From a bacterium (lineage in GTDB: Bacteria; Patescibacteriota; Minisyncoccia; UBA6257; UBA9933): a stretch of DNA of 54,979 nucleotides. The notes below the pieces were generated by a model that saw only the letters and a list, made by a program, of their open reading frames with translations, did no database searches and was not told the DNA's origin. The stretch is taken from the NCBI GenBank assembly GCA_021796335.1, contig JAJYHZ010000003.1, positions 1 through 54,979 of the forward strand, read 5' to 3'. This document shows, piece by piece, positions 1 through 9,436 of the stretch (positions are counted from its first letter, which is position 1; each line of letters starts with the position of its first letter). Both the position numbers and the translations under genes were made by a program.

Positions 1-360
1 CAGGGCGGGAATTTATTCTTACGGCCGGCCGGCAACGGAAACTTATGGGCAAATAATTCAATAACTGCCAGTGGTAATGTTTACGGCAATGACATCTGCA
101 CTTTTGGGGGAAAATGCTTGAGTCAGGCCGGAGGCGGGTTAAGTCAAGTAACAACATATAATTTTACTGCAAATGGCTCATATCTGGGTATTCATAAATT
201 CTGCTTTTTAAGTAAAATTCAGTATGGTTGGTATAGTAATATCGGAAATTCTTGGATTGCGGTAAATGGAACATTTAATGGACCATGGTATTTAAGTGTT
301 ACTGGCGCGCATCCTTTAAGTTCCCCTCCGGATCAGGCAAGTGAGATATGTGTTGATTAA
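1..360 (+). CDS. C-terminal part of a fibre/adhesin-like protein (5' end outside window)
   Basis: Frame 1 is open from base 1 (QGGNLFLRPAGNG...GNDICTFGGKCLSQ) to TAA at 358-360; Cys-containing tip domain reminiscent of PilV-type variable C-termini. Confidence 0.65.
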   Translation, partial: QGGNLFLRPAGNGNLWANNSITASGNVYGNDICTFGGKCLSQAGGGLSQVTTYNFTANGSYLGIHKFCFLSKIQYGWYSNIGNSWIAVNGTFNGPWYLSVTGAHPLSSPPDQASEICVD

Positions 361-498
361 ATTTAACTTTTTATCCAAATGTAAGGATTAACACAATCCG
401 GATTCACGGAATTTTATTTATTATTAAATTATAAAAATATAAATTAATAATATAAATTATGGATAACACAATTGCAACCGACAATAAGTCAAAATTAA

Positions 499-1092
499 AT
501 AGAGGAGTTATATAGCGATGGCCAATCTGCTCCGGTTTATGACAATGGAACTAATGTGGGAATCGGAACTACAAACCCCAGTTCCAAACTTGATGTTAAT
601 GGAGATCTTAACGTTAATGGAGCTGCTAGCATCAAACAAAATCTAAATATTGACGGACAAGTTCATGCGAGTGGCGATGTTTGTACGGATGCCGGAGGAG
701 GGAAATGTCTAAGCAATCTTTCCAATTCTTCAAACGTAATCCCAGCCGGCTATTCTTTTGTGCCATTCGGTCAGGAATTGGTTTTATTGAAAAGTAATGC
801 GTATACTCAGGCAGAAAGTAATGGCACGTCTGCTGCCGCGCGAGTTTATAATGGTCAGATTCAAACACGCGTATGGATAAATCAAGCCAATGCCTTTAAC
901 GGAGCATTTGGTTTTAATGGGACAGTATTATGTGATTCCGGGTGGGTGAATGGTTTTAATGCATCCTGCGGCGCTTGGAGGCAGATAACTTATACCACTG
1001 TTTATGGCGCAACTGATATTAATGGGGTTGGCGTGGCTTGGACAAGCAATGGGTTTAATAGTTCATCTGGTTCTAATTATGCATCATGGTAA
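499..1092 (+). CDS. Fibre/adhesin-tip-like module, apparently lacking a proper N-terminus
   Basis: Open frame after TAA at 496-498 reads ...PVYDNGTNVGIGTTNPSSKLDVNG...DVCTDAGGGKCLS; the only candidate start (GTG 556) lies inside the NVGIGT motif. Confidence 0.55.
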   Translation: MEELYSDGQSAPVYDNGTNVGIGTTNPSSKLDVNGDLNVNGAASIKQNLNIDGQVHASGDVCTDAGGGKCLSNLSNSSNVIPAGYSFVPFGQELVLLKSNAYTQAESNGTSAAARVYNGQIQTRVWINQANAFNGAFGFNGTVLCDSGWVNGFNASCGAWRQITYTTVYGATDINGVGVAWTSNGFNSSSGSNYASW

Positions 1093-1165
1093 TAGCGGCA
1101 ATAATAATTATTATTAATTAATAAAATATTCGGTTCGGTGATTTTAAATAAGAATAATTTTTACG

Positions 1166-1726
1166 ATGCGAAATAAATTTATAAAAATAACAATAATTAT
1201 ATTAATTTTTGTTTTAGGACTTGTTATTGGATTTACGATAGCGGCTAAAGTTTTTTCCACTGCCTTAAATAATCAAAACAGGGATACTATTACTGCTACT
1301 CAAAGCCAAAATAAAATTTGGAACAGCATGATTATTAAAAACATCAATGGACTTGTGGAAAAAATAGACAATAATAAATTAACGGTAAAAATAACACTGG
1401 CAGAACCTTTGGTTGGTTCGAATTCTAATGAAAAAACCGTTGATATTGACGGCAATACCAAATTTTTTCAATTAACCCAAAAAGATTCCAAAGAATACCA
1501 GAAAGAAATCGCCAATTTTCAGGAGTCAATAAAAGCGCCAACCGCCGTTCAAACTACCCAGCCCCCGATTCCTTTTAACAAAACGCAAATCAATTTTTCA
1601 GATATAAAACCCAATCAGCAAGTTTTGATTACTTCTGCCAGCGACATCAAAAATGCCCAAGAATTCAAGGCAACGGAAATCGATATTCTGCCGGATGTCG
1701 GCCAATCTTCAAATACTGGTAATTGA
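1166..1726 (+). CDS. Hypothetical membrane-anchored exported protein
   Basis: 186-aa ORF with basic N-terminus plus hydrophobic helix; followed by a terminator. Confidence 0.8.
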   Translation: MRNKFIKITIIILIFVLGLVIGFTIAAKVFSTALNNQNRDTITATQSQNKIWNSMIIKNINGLVEKIDNNKLTVKITLAEPLVGSNSNEKTVDIDGNTKFFQLTQKDSKEYQKEIANFQESIKAPTAVQTTQPPIPFNKTQINFSDIKPNQQVLITSASDIKNAQEFKATEIDILPDVGQSSNTGN

Positions 1727-1727
1727 T

Positions 1728-1760
1728 TAAAATGCCTCGCAATGAATGCGAGGCATTTTA
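1728..1760 (+). terminator. Intrinsic terminator (probably bidirectional)
   Basis: taaaatgcctcgca-atgaa-tgcgaggcatttta. Confidence 0.8.
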
Positions 1761-1794
1761 TTGTTTTTATTTGTATTTATTTTGAATTAGAAAC

Positions 1795-1967
1795 TTATTC
1801 TGAATACTGAAATAAATTCAGCACAAGTTTTATTTCGGAATTTATTCTCATTGCTGTTTTAGATTTCTGAAATCCCGCGCAAATTAAATTTTAATATGGG
1901 ACAAGCAAGCTTGCTTATCAATAGACAGGTTCAGAATAACAGGAAAACCGAGTCTTGAAACTCGGTT
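1795..1967. repeat. Composite nested inverted-repeat element (REP/MITE-like)
   Basis: Outer IR ttattctgaa (1795)/ttcagaataa (1930); internal palindromes including aagcaagcttgctt (1903-1916); 1886-1905 matches 5621-5640 at 18/20. Confidence 0.6.
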
Positions 1968-1981
1968 CCAAATCAGCAGTC

Positions 1982-3523
1982 CTAAATTAGCAAATCCAGT
2001 AAATTCTGAGCGGTCATCTCAACCGGTTTAGGAAGGTTCATTAATTCCAAAACAGTGGGGGACACGTCTGCTAGAACTCCCATGGGAGCTCTTTCGGCGG
2101 CATGGATTTCTCCATCGGAATTTTCCGTTTTATATTTATTTCCGATCAGGTAAATCGGGACGGGGCTGGCGTCGTGTTTGGTTTCTATTTCTCCGGTTAA
2201 AGGCTCTATCAGTTTTTCGGCATTGCCGTGATCGGCGGTGATAAGCATTACGGCGTCATTTTCCAAAACAGTTTTCATTAAAATTCCGATTTGTTCGTCT
2301 AAAATCCTGATCGCTTCTTCGGTAGCTTTGAAATTCCCGGTGTGGGCGACCATGTCCGCGTTCGCAAAATTGGCCAGAATAAAATCGTAAGTTTTTTCTT
2401 CAATGGCTTGGACCATGCGGGAACAAATTTCGCGGGCGCGCATTTCGGGATGCTCGTCGTGCTGGCCGGTTTGAGACGGGATTAGAACGCGGTATTCGTT
2501 TGGATAAGGGTCTTCTTTCAGGCCGTTGAAAAAATAAGTGACATGGGCGTATTTTTCGGTTTCGGCGACGCGAAACTGGATTTTACCGCTGTCGGAAAGG
2601 ACCTTCCCCAGGGGTGTGTCGATTTCTTCAGGAGGGAAGACATTCGGAATATCGAATGCGTCATCATAACTGATCATCGAGGCAATAAAAAGATTGTTGA
2701 ATTTTTTCGTCGGAAATTCTTTAAAGTCTTTTTGAATGAAAGCGCGGACGATTTGTTTCATGCGATCTTCGCGGAAATTGAAAAAAATTACGGAGTCGTT
2801 GTCACTAATGGGACGTTTGGGATTTACCAGAGCCGGAACGATGTATTCGTCATTTAATCCTTTGTCATAAGTCTCCTGGAGATGTTTTTGAATATCGCTT
2901 ATGGCGGGACCGTTGCCGATCATGGCATTGTAGCCTTCCTGGACTCGCGTCCAATTCTTCGCCCGATCCATCGTATAGTAGCGGCCGGCTAAGCTGGCAA
3001 CTTGTTCTCGATAAGGAAGTTTTTCGATCAGTTTCATGGCGGATTCCGGTTCGCTGTCGCGCCCATCGGTTATCAGATGAAGATTCAGTTTTTCTTTTGG
3101 AAAATTTTCTTTATCGGCGAAATCGATCAAAGCTTTGAGATGTTCAAATGAAGCATGGACATTAGCTTCGGTCAAAAGGCCGATTAAATTTACGCTAGAA
3201 TTCTTTTCTTTAGCATGGTCAAATGCTCTTTTAATGGTTTCGTTTTGGAAAAATTGCCCGTTTCTGATAGCCAGAGTGATTCGCGGATAATTTTGGTAAA
3301 TGATGCGTCCGGCGCCCATATTTAAATGGCCGACTTCGCTGTTTCCTTCTTCTCCCCAGGGTAGGCCGACGGAAATTCCAGATGCCTGAAGAGCGCCAAT
3401 CGGGAAATTATGCTTTATGTAATTGAAGTTAGGCGGATTAACGAGATAAATCGGATTGGTAAAATCATGAGCTCCGATACCCCATCCGTCGAGAACAACT
3501 AAGATAACTGTTTGCTTATGCAT
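1982..3523 (-). CDS. gpmI: 2,3-bisphosphoglycerate-independent phosphoglycerate mutase
   Basis: LDGWG, GNSEVGH, AETEKYAHVTYFFNG, DMVAHTG and TADHGNAE motifs. Confidence 0.97.
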   Translation of the reverse strand: MHKQTVILVVLDGWGIGAHDFTNPIYLVNPPNFNYIKHNFPIGALQASGISVGLPWGEEGNSEVGHLNMGAGRIIYQNYPRITLAIRNGQFFQNETIKRAFDHAKEKNSSVNLIGLLTEANVHASFEHLKALIDFADKENFPKEKLNLHLITDGRDSEPESAMKLIEKLPYREQVASLAGRYYTMDRAKNWTRVQEGYNAMIGNGPAISDIQKHLQETYDKGLNDEYIVPALVNPKRPISDNDSVIFFNFREDRMKQIVRAFIQKDFKEFPTKKFNNLFIASMISYDDAFDIPNVFPPEEIDTPLGKVLSDSGKIQFRVAETEKYAHVTYFFNGLKEDPYPNEYRVLIPSQTGQHDEHPEMRAREICSRMVQAIEEKTYDFILANFANADMVAHTGNFKATEEAIRILDEQIGILMKTVLENDAVMLITADHGNAEKLIEPLTGEIETKHDASPVPIYLIGNKYKTENSDGEIHAAERAPMGVLADVSPTVLELMNLPKPVEMTAQNLLDLLI

Positions 3524-3629
3524 TGTTTTATTCTAATTTATGATGATTACTTAAACAAGCATAATCAAAAAATAAAGCTTATAATGTTGTTATGTTCATA
3601 TAAATTAATGCATAATTATAATATTAAAA

Positions 3630-3869
3630 ATGAAAACTCAGAAATATCTTCAACACATAAAAATCCCAAACCATTTAAGATTATTCAAATTGATTCTCAT
3701 CCCCCTTATTTTTATCGGAGGGGTTATTTTCAATGTACAAGTTAAAGCTGCTGCTTCCTATTTTGGCCAAATAACCAAAAATTCCCTTATCCTGTTCCAA
3801 AAATCCAATAATATTTCCCAAACCGGAGTTTTTGATTCTTCCACCAGAGGAGTGATGAATGGGGAGTAA
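3630..3869 (+). CDS. Short hypothetical protein, possibly a truncated secreted-protein relic
   Basis: 79 aa with a signal-like hydrophobic stretch ending VKA; ends abruptly. Confidence 0.35.
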   Translation: MKTQKYLQHIKIPNHLRLFKLILIPLIFIGGVIFNVQVKAAASYFGQITKNSLILFQKSNNISQTGVFDSSTRGVMNGE

Positions 3870-3986
3870 AAAAGAAACTCGGACATAATGCAGAGTGATT
3901 ATCAGATTTCCATTTTGCGTGATTCTTGCTGCAAATTTTTTGACTTTTGATCTTTAAATTTTTATTATTTAGAAAATAAACCCTTC

Positions 3987-5414
3987 ATGAACAATTCAAG
4001 GCAAAAAAAAATAAAAGTCATCGATATTGTCAGGAAATCTCCCGAAGAAAAGTTTGAAAAAATAACAAAAAAGAAAGAACTCGCCAAAAAAATATCTTCC
4101 GAACAAGATTCGGAAATAAAAATAGGGAAAAGAGAATTGATTAATGAATCGATCAAAGAATCGGCGGAAGAAAAACCGCATATTTTAGATAAGAATTTTA
4201 AATTTGAAAAAGAGCCTACATTTCTAGCAGTGAAAAGGGAGGATAAGCGTGAATCTGTTCATCATCGCGAGGTAAAAGAAAAAAATAAAAAATCCCGCAA
4301 ATTTTATTTGATAACCAGTTTAGCAGTAATTTTTTTGATTTTAGTAGGATTTGTGGGAGCAAACGCTTTGCCGAGAGCGGATATAAAAATCACTCTTAAA
4401 ACCGCGGATTGGCAGTGGGGTGGTTCAGTGGGGTTGAATCCGAATATCGCAGAGCCGGACGGAACAAACATACAAATTCCCGTGGCTAATTTTTCACAGA
4501 CGAAGAACGGGACGTTCAGCTGGCCAGCAACCGGCGGAATAAGGCATGTAGAAAATAAGGCAACTGGCCAGATTACAATTTACGACAATTACAGCAATGC
4601 CGATCAGGTTTTGGTGGCAGGAACAAGATTTGAAACTCCGGACGGAAAAATTTTCAGATTGCAGAACAGGATTACGGTGCCGGGAATGAGCAGTATAACC
4701 GCGAGCGTGACGGCAGATCAGCCGGGCAATGCATACAATATCGGTCAAGTTCAAAAATTTACAGTTCCGGGTTTTTCCGGTTCTGCGAAATTCGAGAAAA
4801 TATATGGACAGTCGACTCAGCCAATGGCCGGCGGATTCGTCGGAGACGGAAAATATCCGTCTGATAGCGATATAGCGAAGGCAAAGGCAAATGCGGAAAA
4901 TCAAATTAAAAACGGTCTTGAATCGTATGTTTATTCGCAAATCCCGACTGACGGAGGTTTTAAAGTAATTGACGGGAGTAAGAATTTTAAAATTACCAAA
5001 GAAACCGTGAATAATAACACTGATGCCAGCGGAAATTTTTCGGTTTTCATAGAAGCTCAAGAATCTTTACAGGCTTTTAAAGAAAGCGACCTTACAAAAT
5101 TAATGACTGGATTGATGAGGGTGGCGAACAATAACGATCCCGATTATCAAATAAAAAATTATAAAATCGATTACGGAAGCTTTTCGGCAGATTCAAAAAA
5201 TAGCTCAATTTCGATTAATTTTGACGGGACTTTCTATAAGCCGATTGATCCGGCCGATCTTAAAAAGCAGATTTTGGGGAAATCAGAAACGGATTTGAGG
5301 AATTTGATTTATTCGCTTTCTTCGAAAATCGAAAAGGCGGATATTTCAATAGGTCCGTTCTGGGTAACCAAAGTCCCGACTGATCAAAATAAAGTAAATT
5401 TGGAGATAGACTGA
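3987..5414 (+). CDS. Single-TM protein with baseplate-J-like extracellular region
   Basis: Charged N-tail, TM helix, then KATGQITIYD..LVAGTRF..GKIFRL..VTADQPG..YNIG pattern recalled from CPR baseplate-J-like proteins. Confidence 0.65.
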   Translation: MNNSRQKKIKVIDIVRKSPEEKFEKITKKKELAKKISSEQDSEIKIGKRELINESIKESAEEKPHILDKNFKFEKEPTFLAVKREDKRESVHHREVKEKNKKSRKFYLITSLAVIFLILVGFVGANALPRADIKITLKTADWQWGGSVGLNPNIAEPDGTNIQIPVANFSQTKNGTFSWPATGGIRHVENKATGQITIYDNYSNADQVLVAGTRFETPDGKIFRLQNRITVPGMSSITASVTADQPGNAYNIGQVQKFTVPGFSGSAKFEKIYGQSTQPMAGGFVGDGKYPSDSDIAKAKANAENQIKNGLESYVYSQIPTDGGFKVIDGSKNFKITKETVNNNTDASGNFSVFIEAQESLQAFKESDLTKLMTGLMRVANNNDPDYQIKNYKIDYGSFSADSKNSSISINFDGTFYKPIDPADLKKQILGKSETDLRNLIYSLSSKIEKADISIGPFWVTKVPTDQNKVNLEID

Positions 5415-5555
5415 ACTTATTGAAAATCAAAGAGTTCGGAGTTTAATCTTTTTATGCGTAATTTGTGAGGAAAACTCTTGAAATACCGAATAAAATCTGC
5501 TTTAATTTTACTAAAGTGATCAGCCTTGCGAGACGGATTGGCGCCGATTGCGAGT

Positions 5556-5655
5556 GCCACCCCGAATTTGTTTCGGAGTCTTAAGGATTCATTTTTGACG
5601 CCGGGATTTCGCACAAAAATAAATTTTGATACGGGACAAGTAAATTTCGCATGAC
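5556..5655. repeat. Second copy of the nested inverted-repeat element family
   Basis: gccaccccgaatttgtttcggag...atttcgcatgac with internal aaattttgatacgggacaag, like 1886-1905. Confidence 0.5.
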
Positions 5656-5715
5656 AAAATCAGTATGACAAAAATAGTTGATTCTGCGGTATTTCTGAAC
5701 AGTGCCTTGACGGGG

Positions 5716-5744
5716 TTGACCTTTTAAATTTTATAGTTTAGTAT
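5716..5744 (+). promoter_or_regulatory. Putative sigma70 promoter of infA cluster
   Basis: TTGACC-17nt-TAGTAT. Confidence 0.45.
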
Positions 5745-5754
5745 AGATTTTTAC

Positions 5755-5967
5755 ATGCCAAACGAAAAAAAGCCATTAATTAAAGGCAGAGTTATCGAAG
5801 CTTTGCCGGCCACCACTTTTAAAGTCCAGCTTGAAAAGGGAGAAGAGATTTTGGCTTATTTGTCCGGCAAAATGAGATTGAATTATATTAAAATTCTTCC
5901 GGGTGATTTTGTTTTGCTTGAATTAAGCCCTGACGGAAAGCGCGGAAGGATTACAAGAAGGCTGTAG
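5755..5967 (+). CDS. infA: Translation initiation factor IF-1
   Basis: [28 protein letters not shown]. Confidence 0.97.
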   Translation: MPNEKKPLIKGRVIEALPATTFKVQLEKGEEILAYLSGKMRLNYIKILPGDFVLLELSPDGKRGRITRRL

Positions 5968-6015
5968 CTTTTCAGAGACTTCTAAATACTAATGGTTAAT
6001 AGCTAAATTATTTTA

Positions 6016-6132
6016 ATGAAAGTACGCGCATCGGTCAAAAAAATTTGCAAAGATTGCAAAACAGTTCGACGAAAGGGTCGCGTTTTTATCATTTGCAAAA
6101 AAAATCCAAAACATAAACAACGACAAGGATAA
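6016..6132 (+). CDS. rpmJ: 50S ribosomal protein L36 (not in ORF track)
   Basis: [38 protein letters not shown], translated by hand. Confidence 0.97.
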   Translation: MKVRASVKKICKDCKTVRRKGRVFIICKKNPKHKQRQG

Positions 6133-6210
6133 AATATATTTTAGTTGTCAGTTGTTAGTGATTAGTTTTTAAAACTAATCACTAATTGCTAATTACTAAG
6201 TGTTAAATTA

Positions 6211-6594
6211 ATGCGTTTATTAGGTATTAATATTCCGGATAATAAAAAATCAGAATATGCCTTAGGTTATCTTTACGGCATTGGTCATACTTTAGCGGTG
6301 AAAATTTTAACGGAAACCAAAATCGATTTAAATAAGAGAATCAAGGATTTGAATGCGGATGAAGTCAGGAAAATCCAAGATTATATTGAAAAGCATTATA
6401 AAGTAGAAGGAGAACTTCGCCAGATAGTCAAGTCAAATATTTCAAGATTGAAAGATATTCAGGCTTACAGGGGAGTAAGACATATGAGGAGATTACCGGC
6501 TAGAGGCCAAAGAACAAAAACAAATTCCCGAACAATTCGAGGCAATGTCAGAAAGACGGCTGCAAGCGGAAAAAGAAAAGTGGAATTGAAATAA
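6211..6594 (+). CDS. rpsM: 30S ribosomal protein S13
   Basis: YGIG, YRGVRH..LPARGQRTKTN. Confidence 0.97.
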   Translation: MRLLGINIPDNKKSEYALGYLYGIGHTLAVKILTETKIDLNKRIKDLNADEVRKIQDYIEKHYKVEGELRQIVKSNISRLKDIQAYRGVRHMRRLPARGQRTKTNSRTIRGNVRKTAASGKRKVELK

Positions 6595-6686
6595 AATATT
6601 TAATGCTAATATACTAATGCATGTGAATGCAATAAATAATACTAATTATTACAAAACTTGCATATTCGCATTATTTAGCCAAAACT

Positions 6687-7139
6687 ATGGGTAAAAAGAA
6701 AGTTATAAAACAAACAGAAGCAGAAGTGCTGAAAGAAAGCGAAAACCTGGAAAAGGTGATGACTAAGGTTTCAGGGAAGGCATCATCGAAAAAAATCGAA
6801 AACGGCAAGGTTTTCATAAATGCAACATATAACAATACTTTGATAACGGTTACGACCGGCAACGGTGATGTAATCGCCTGGGTTTCGGCTGGAAGCTTAG
6901 GCTTTTCTGGTCCCAAAAAAGCAACTCCATTTGCTTCTTCGAAAGCGATTGCCGCTTTGGCGGAAAAAGTTAAAAAAGTGGGATTGATGAATATCGAAAT
7001 AATCGTTAAGGGGGTTGGATCGGGCCGGGATTCGGCCATTCGGTCTTTAGCGAATCAGGGTTTCAATATAACTTCGGTTAAAGACGTGACTCCGATCCCG
7101 CACAACGGACCGCGGCCGGTCAAGGTTAGAAGAATATAA
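6687..7139 (+). CDS. rpsK: 30S ribosomal protein S11
   Basis: ATYNNT, GFSGPKKATPFA, DVTPIPHNG. Confidence 0.97.
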   Translation: MGKKKVIKQTEAEVLKESENLEKVMTKVSGKASSKKIENGKVFINATYNNTLITVTTGNGDVIAWVSAGSLGFSGPKKATPFASSKAIAALAEKVKKVGLMNIEIIVKGVGSGRDSAIRSLANQGFNITSVKDVTPIPHNGPRPVKVRRI

Positions 7140-7212
7140 TCACAAATTTACACAAATGTGGCACAAATATCACGAATTCGTGAAATACGTGTCTGACTAG
7201 GGAATAATTAGT

Positions 7213-7827
7213 ATGCTAAAAGCAAAAGAAAAAAAAGAAAGAGCGTTAGGTGTCAAGCTTTTTTTGAAAGCGGAACGTTGCAGTTCTCCGAAATGTGCGA
7301 CAGTAAGGCGTCCGGGCAGGCCGGGACAGCATGGAAAGGCTCGAAGAAAAACGATTTCGGAATACGGTCAGCAGTTAATGGAAAAACAAAAAATAATGTT
7401 CAGCTACGGATTAAGAGAGTCTCAGATGAGAAGAATTTTCAAAGAAGCTTTAGGGAAAAAGACAAATGTTATCGATGCAATTTTTGGACTTTTGGAAAGA
7501 AGACTGGACAATGTTGTTTATAGACTGGGAATAGCTCCATCGAGGATAATGGCGCGGCAATTCGTAAGCCACGGGCATATAACGGTGAACGGTAAAAAAA
7601 CAACTATACCGTCTTTTTTGGTAAAAAAAGGGGATATGATTTCAATCCGGGCGTCTTCTGCTGATTTGGCGATATTTAAAGAACTGCAAAATAATTTAAA
7701 GAAATATGAGGCGCCATCATGGCTTTTTATGGATAAAGAAAAATTGCAGGGGACAATGAAAGCAACGCCGGTTGCAAACGAAACAATGTTCGATATTAAT
7801 CTCGTCGTTGATTTCTACAGTAAGTAA
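7213..7827 (+). CDS. rpsD: 30S ribosomal protein S4
   Basis: PGQHG, SEYGQQL.EKQK, LERRLDNVVYRLG. Confidence 0.97.
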   Translation: MLKAKEKKERALGVKLFLKAERCSSPKCATVRRPGRPGQHGKARRKTISEYGQQLMEKQKIMFSYGLRESQMRRIFKEALGKKTNVIDAIFGLLERRLDNVVYRLGIAPSRIMARQFVSHGHITVNGKKTTIPSFLVKKGDMISIRASSADLAIFKELQNNLKKYEAPSWLFMDKEKLQGTMKATPVANETMFDINLVVDFYSK

Positions 7828-7963
7828 TTAAATTAATAAAACACATAGCTCTGAGTGCACGAAACGCAGAAGATGAAAATTAATTAAAAAACATAAATAA
7901 AGCATAATCAGAGATGTTCAAAACTAAAAAATTTGAACGAGGAGCGGTTAATGCTTAAAAATT

Positions 7964-8740
7964 ATGGAATACGCATTATTAAGCGAAAGCGTACAAATTA
8001 AAAAGATTTCAGAAAACGATAATGAAGGCGTTTTCGAAGTGGAGGGCCTTTTCAGCGGTTACGGTTTGACGATCGGCAATGCGTTGCGCAGGGTTCTTTT
8101 ATCTTCTTTGCCGGGAGCGGCGGTAACCCAGGTCAAGATCAATAACGTCAAACATGAGTTTTCCACTATTGACGGCGTTTTGGAAGACGTTGTTGAATTG
8201 ACTTTAAATCTTAAAAAAATGAGGTTTAAATTTTATGCCGACGAGCTGCAGGTTTTAATGTTAGATATAAAAGGAGAAAAGGAAATTACGGCGGGAGATT
8301 TTAAGACGCCTTCCCAGGTTGAAATCGTGAATCCGGATTTGCACATCGCAACTATTACCGATAAGAAAGTCGAATTAAAAATGGAAATTACGGTTGAAAA
8401 AGGATTGGGATATTCCCCGATTGAATCAAGAAAAACGGAAAAACTTCCCATCGGCGTCGTAGCAATTGATGCGATATTCACTCCCATTACCAAAGTTAAT
8501 TTTACAATTGAGAATATGCGCGTGGGAGAAAGGACTGATTATAACAAATTAAGACTAGTTGTTGAGACTGACGGGACTATTGCTCCGTCAGCGGCCTTGA
8601 GAAAAGCGGCCAATATTTTAAAAGACCATTTTGACAAAGTTTCTCAAGTCGAAGTTGTCGAAGAAGCTATTCCAAAAGAGAAAAAAGAAGCGAAGGAAAC
8701 TAAGGAAAAGAAAGAGACTAAGAAGAAAACAAAAAAGTAG
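7964..8740 (+). CDS. rpoA: RNA polymerase subunit alpha (no alphaCTD)
   Basis: GYGLTIGNALRRVLLSSLPG, HEFSTIDGV.EDV; only 258 aa with a K/E tail. Confidence 0.96.
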   Translation: MEYALLSESVQIKKISENDNEGVFEVEGLFSGYGLTIGNALRRVLLSSLPGAAVTQVKINNVKHEFSTIDGVLEDVVELTLNLKKMRFKFYADELQVLMLDIKGEKEITAGDFKTPSQVEIVNPDLHIATITDKKVELKMEITVEKGLGYSPIESRKTEKLPIGVVAIDAIFTPITKVNFTIENMRVGERTDYNKLRLVVETDGTIAPSAALRKAANILKDHFDKVSQVEVVEEAIPKEKKEAKETKEKKETKKKTKK

Positions 8741-8827
8741 TTCATAAAGTGAAAAGTTATAAAGTTCATAACGTAGAATATCTTATGAACTTTAAGCGAA
8801 GTGAATTTTATAAACTTGCAGTTGTTT

Positions 8828-9178
8828 ATGAGGCATTTAGTAAAAACCAAAAAATTTCATAGGAAGACCGGCCAACGAAAAGCTTTATATAAACATTTAG
8901 CGAATAATCTTATTTTGGAGGAAAAAATGACGACTACGGAGGCCAAGGCAAAATACGTGAAATCTTACGTTGAAAAGATGATAACTTTGGGCAAGAAACA
9001 GAATTTAGCCGCCTTGAGACTTTTAATTTCGCGAATTCCGAAAGGAGCGGCTGAGAAGATTTATTATGAATTAGCTCCGAAATATAAAGGTAGAAAGGGC
9101 GGATATCTGAGAATAACCAAAAGCGCGGGCAAAAGGAAAAGAGACGGAGGGGATATGGCGATCGTGGAATTCGTATAA
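8828..9178 (+). CDS. rplQ: 50S ribosomal protein L17
   Basis: MRH start at 8828; TTEAKAK, R.GGYLRI. Confidence 0.95.
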   Translation: MRHLVKTKKFHRKTGQRKALYKHLANNLILEEKMTTTEAKAKYVKSYVEKMITLGKKQNLAALRLLISRIPKGAAEKIYYELAPKYKGRKGGYLRITKSAGKRKRDGGDMAIVEFV

Positions 9179-9269
9179 GCGCAATCCCGATTAATCTCAA
9201 TCTGAAATTTGCACAATTTTGTGTAATTCTGAGAATTCGTATAACACTTGTAAATTCGAGTTATTAATA

Positions 9270-9299
9270 TTGACTAATCACTATTTAATAGTATAAAAT
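9270..9299 (+). promoter_or_regulatory. Putative promoter of tuf
   Basis: TTGACT-16nt-TATAAA. Confidence 0.45.
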
Positions 9300-9436
9300 C
9301 AAAAAGTCGTTAAAAAACAAAAATAATAATACTAATATACTAATTCGTGCTAATGATACGAATGATACAAATAATTATTCGTAGCCATTAGTATCATTCG
9401 AATGCATTCGTATATTGGTATTATAAATTAATCAAT

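Noticed and set aside
3987-5414. Prophage or contractile injection system
   Set aside because: No other tail, capsid or integrase genes in the window
5417-5614. 65-aa minus-strand ORF
   Set aside because: Overlaps a promoter-like and repeat region; no recognisable motifs
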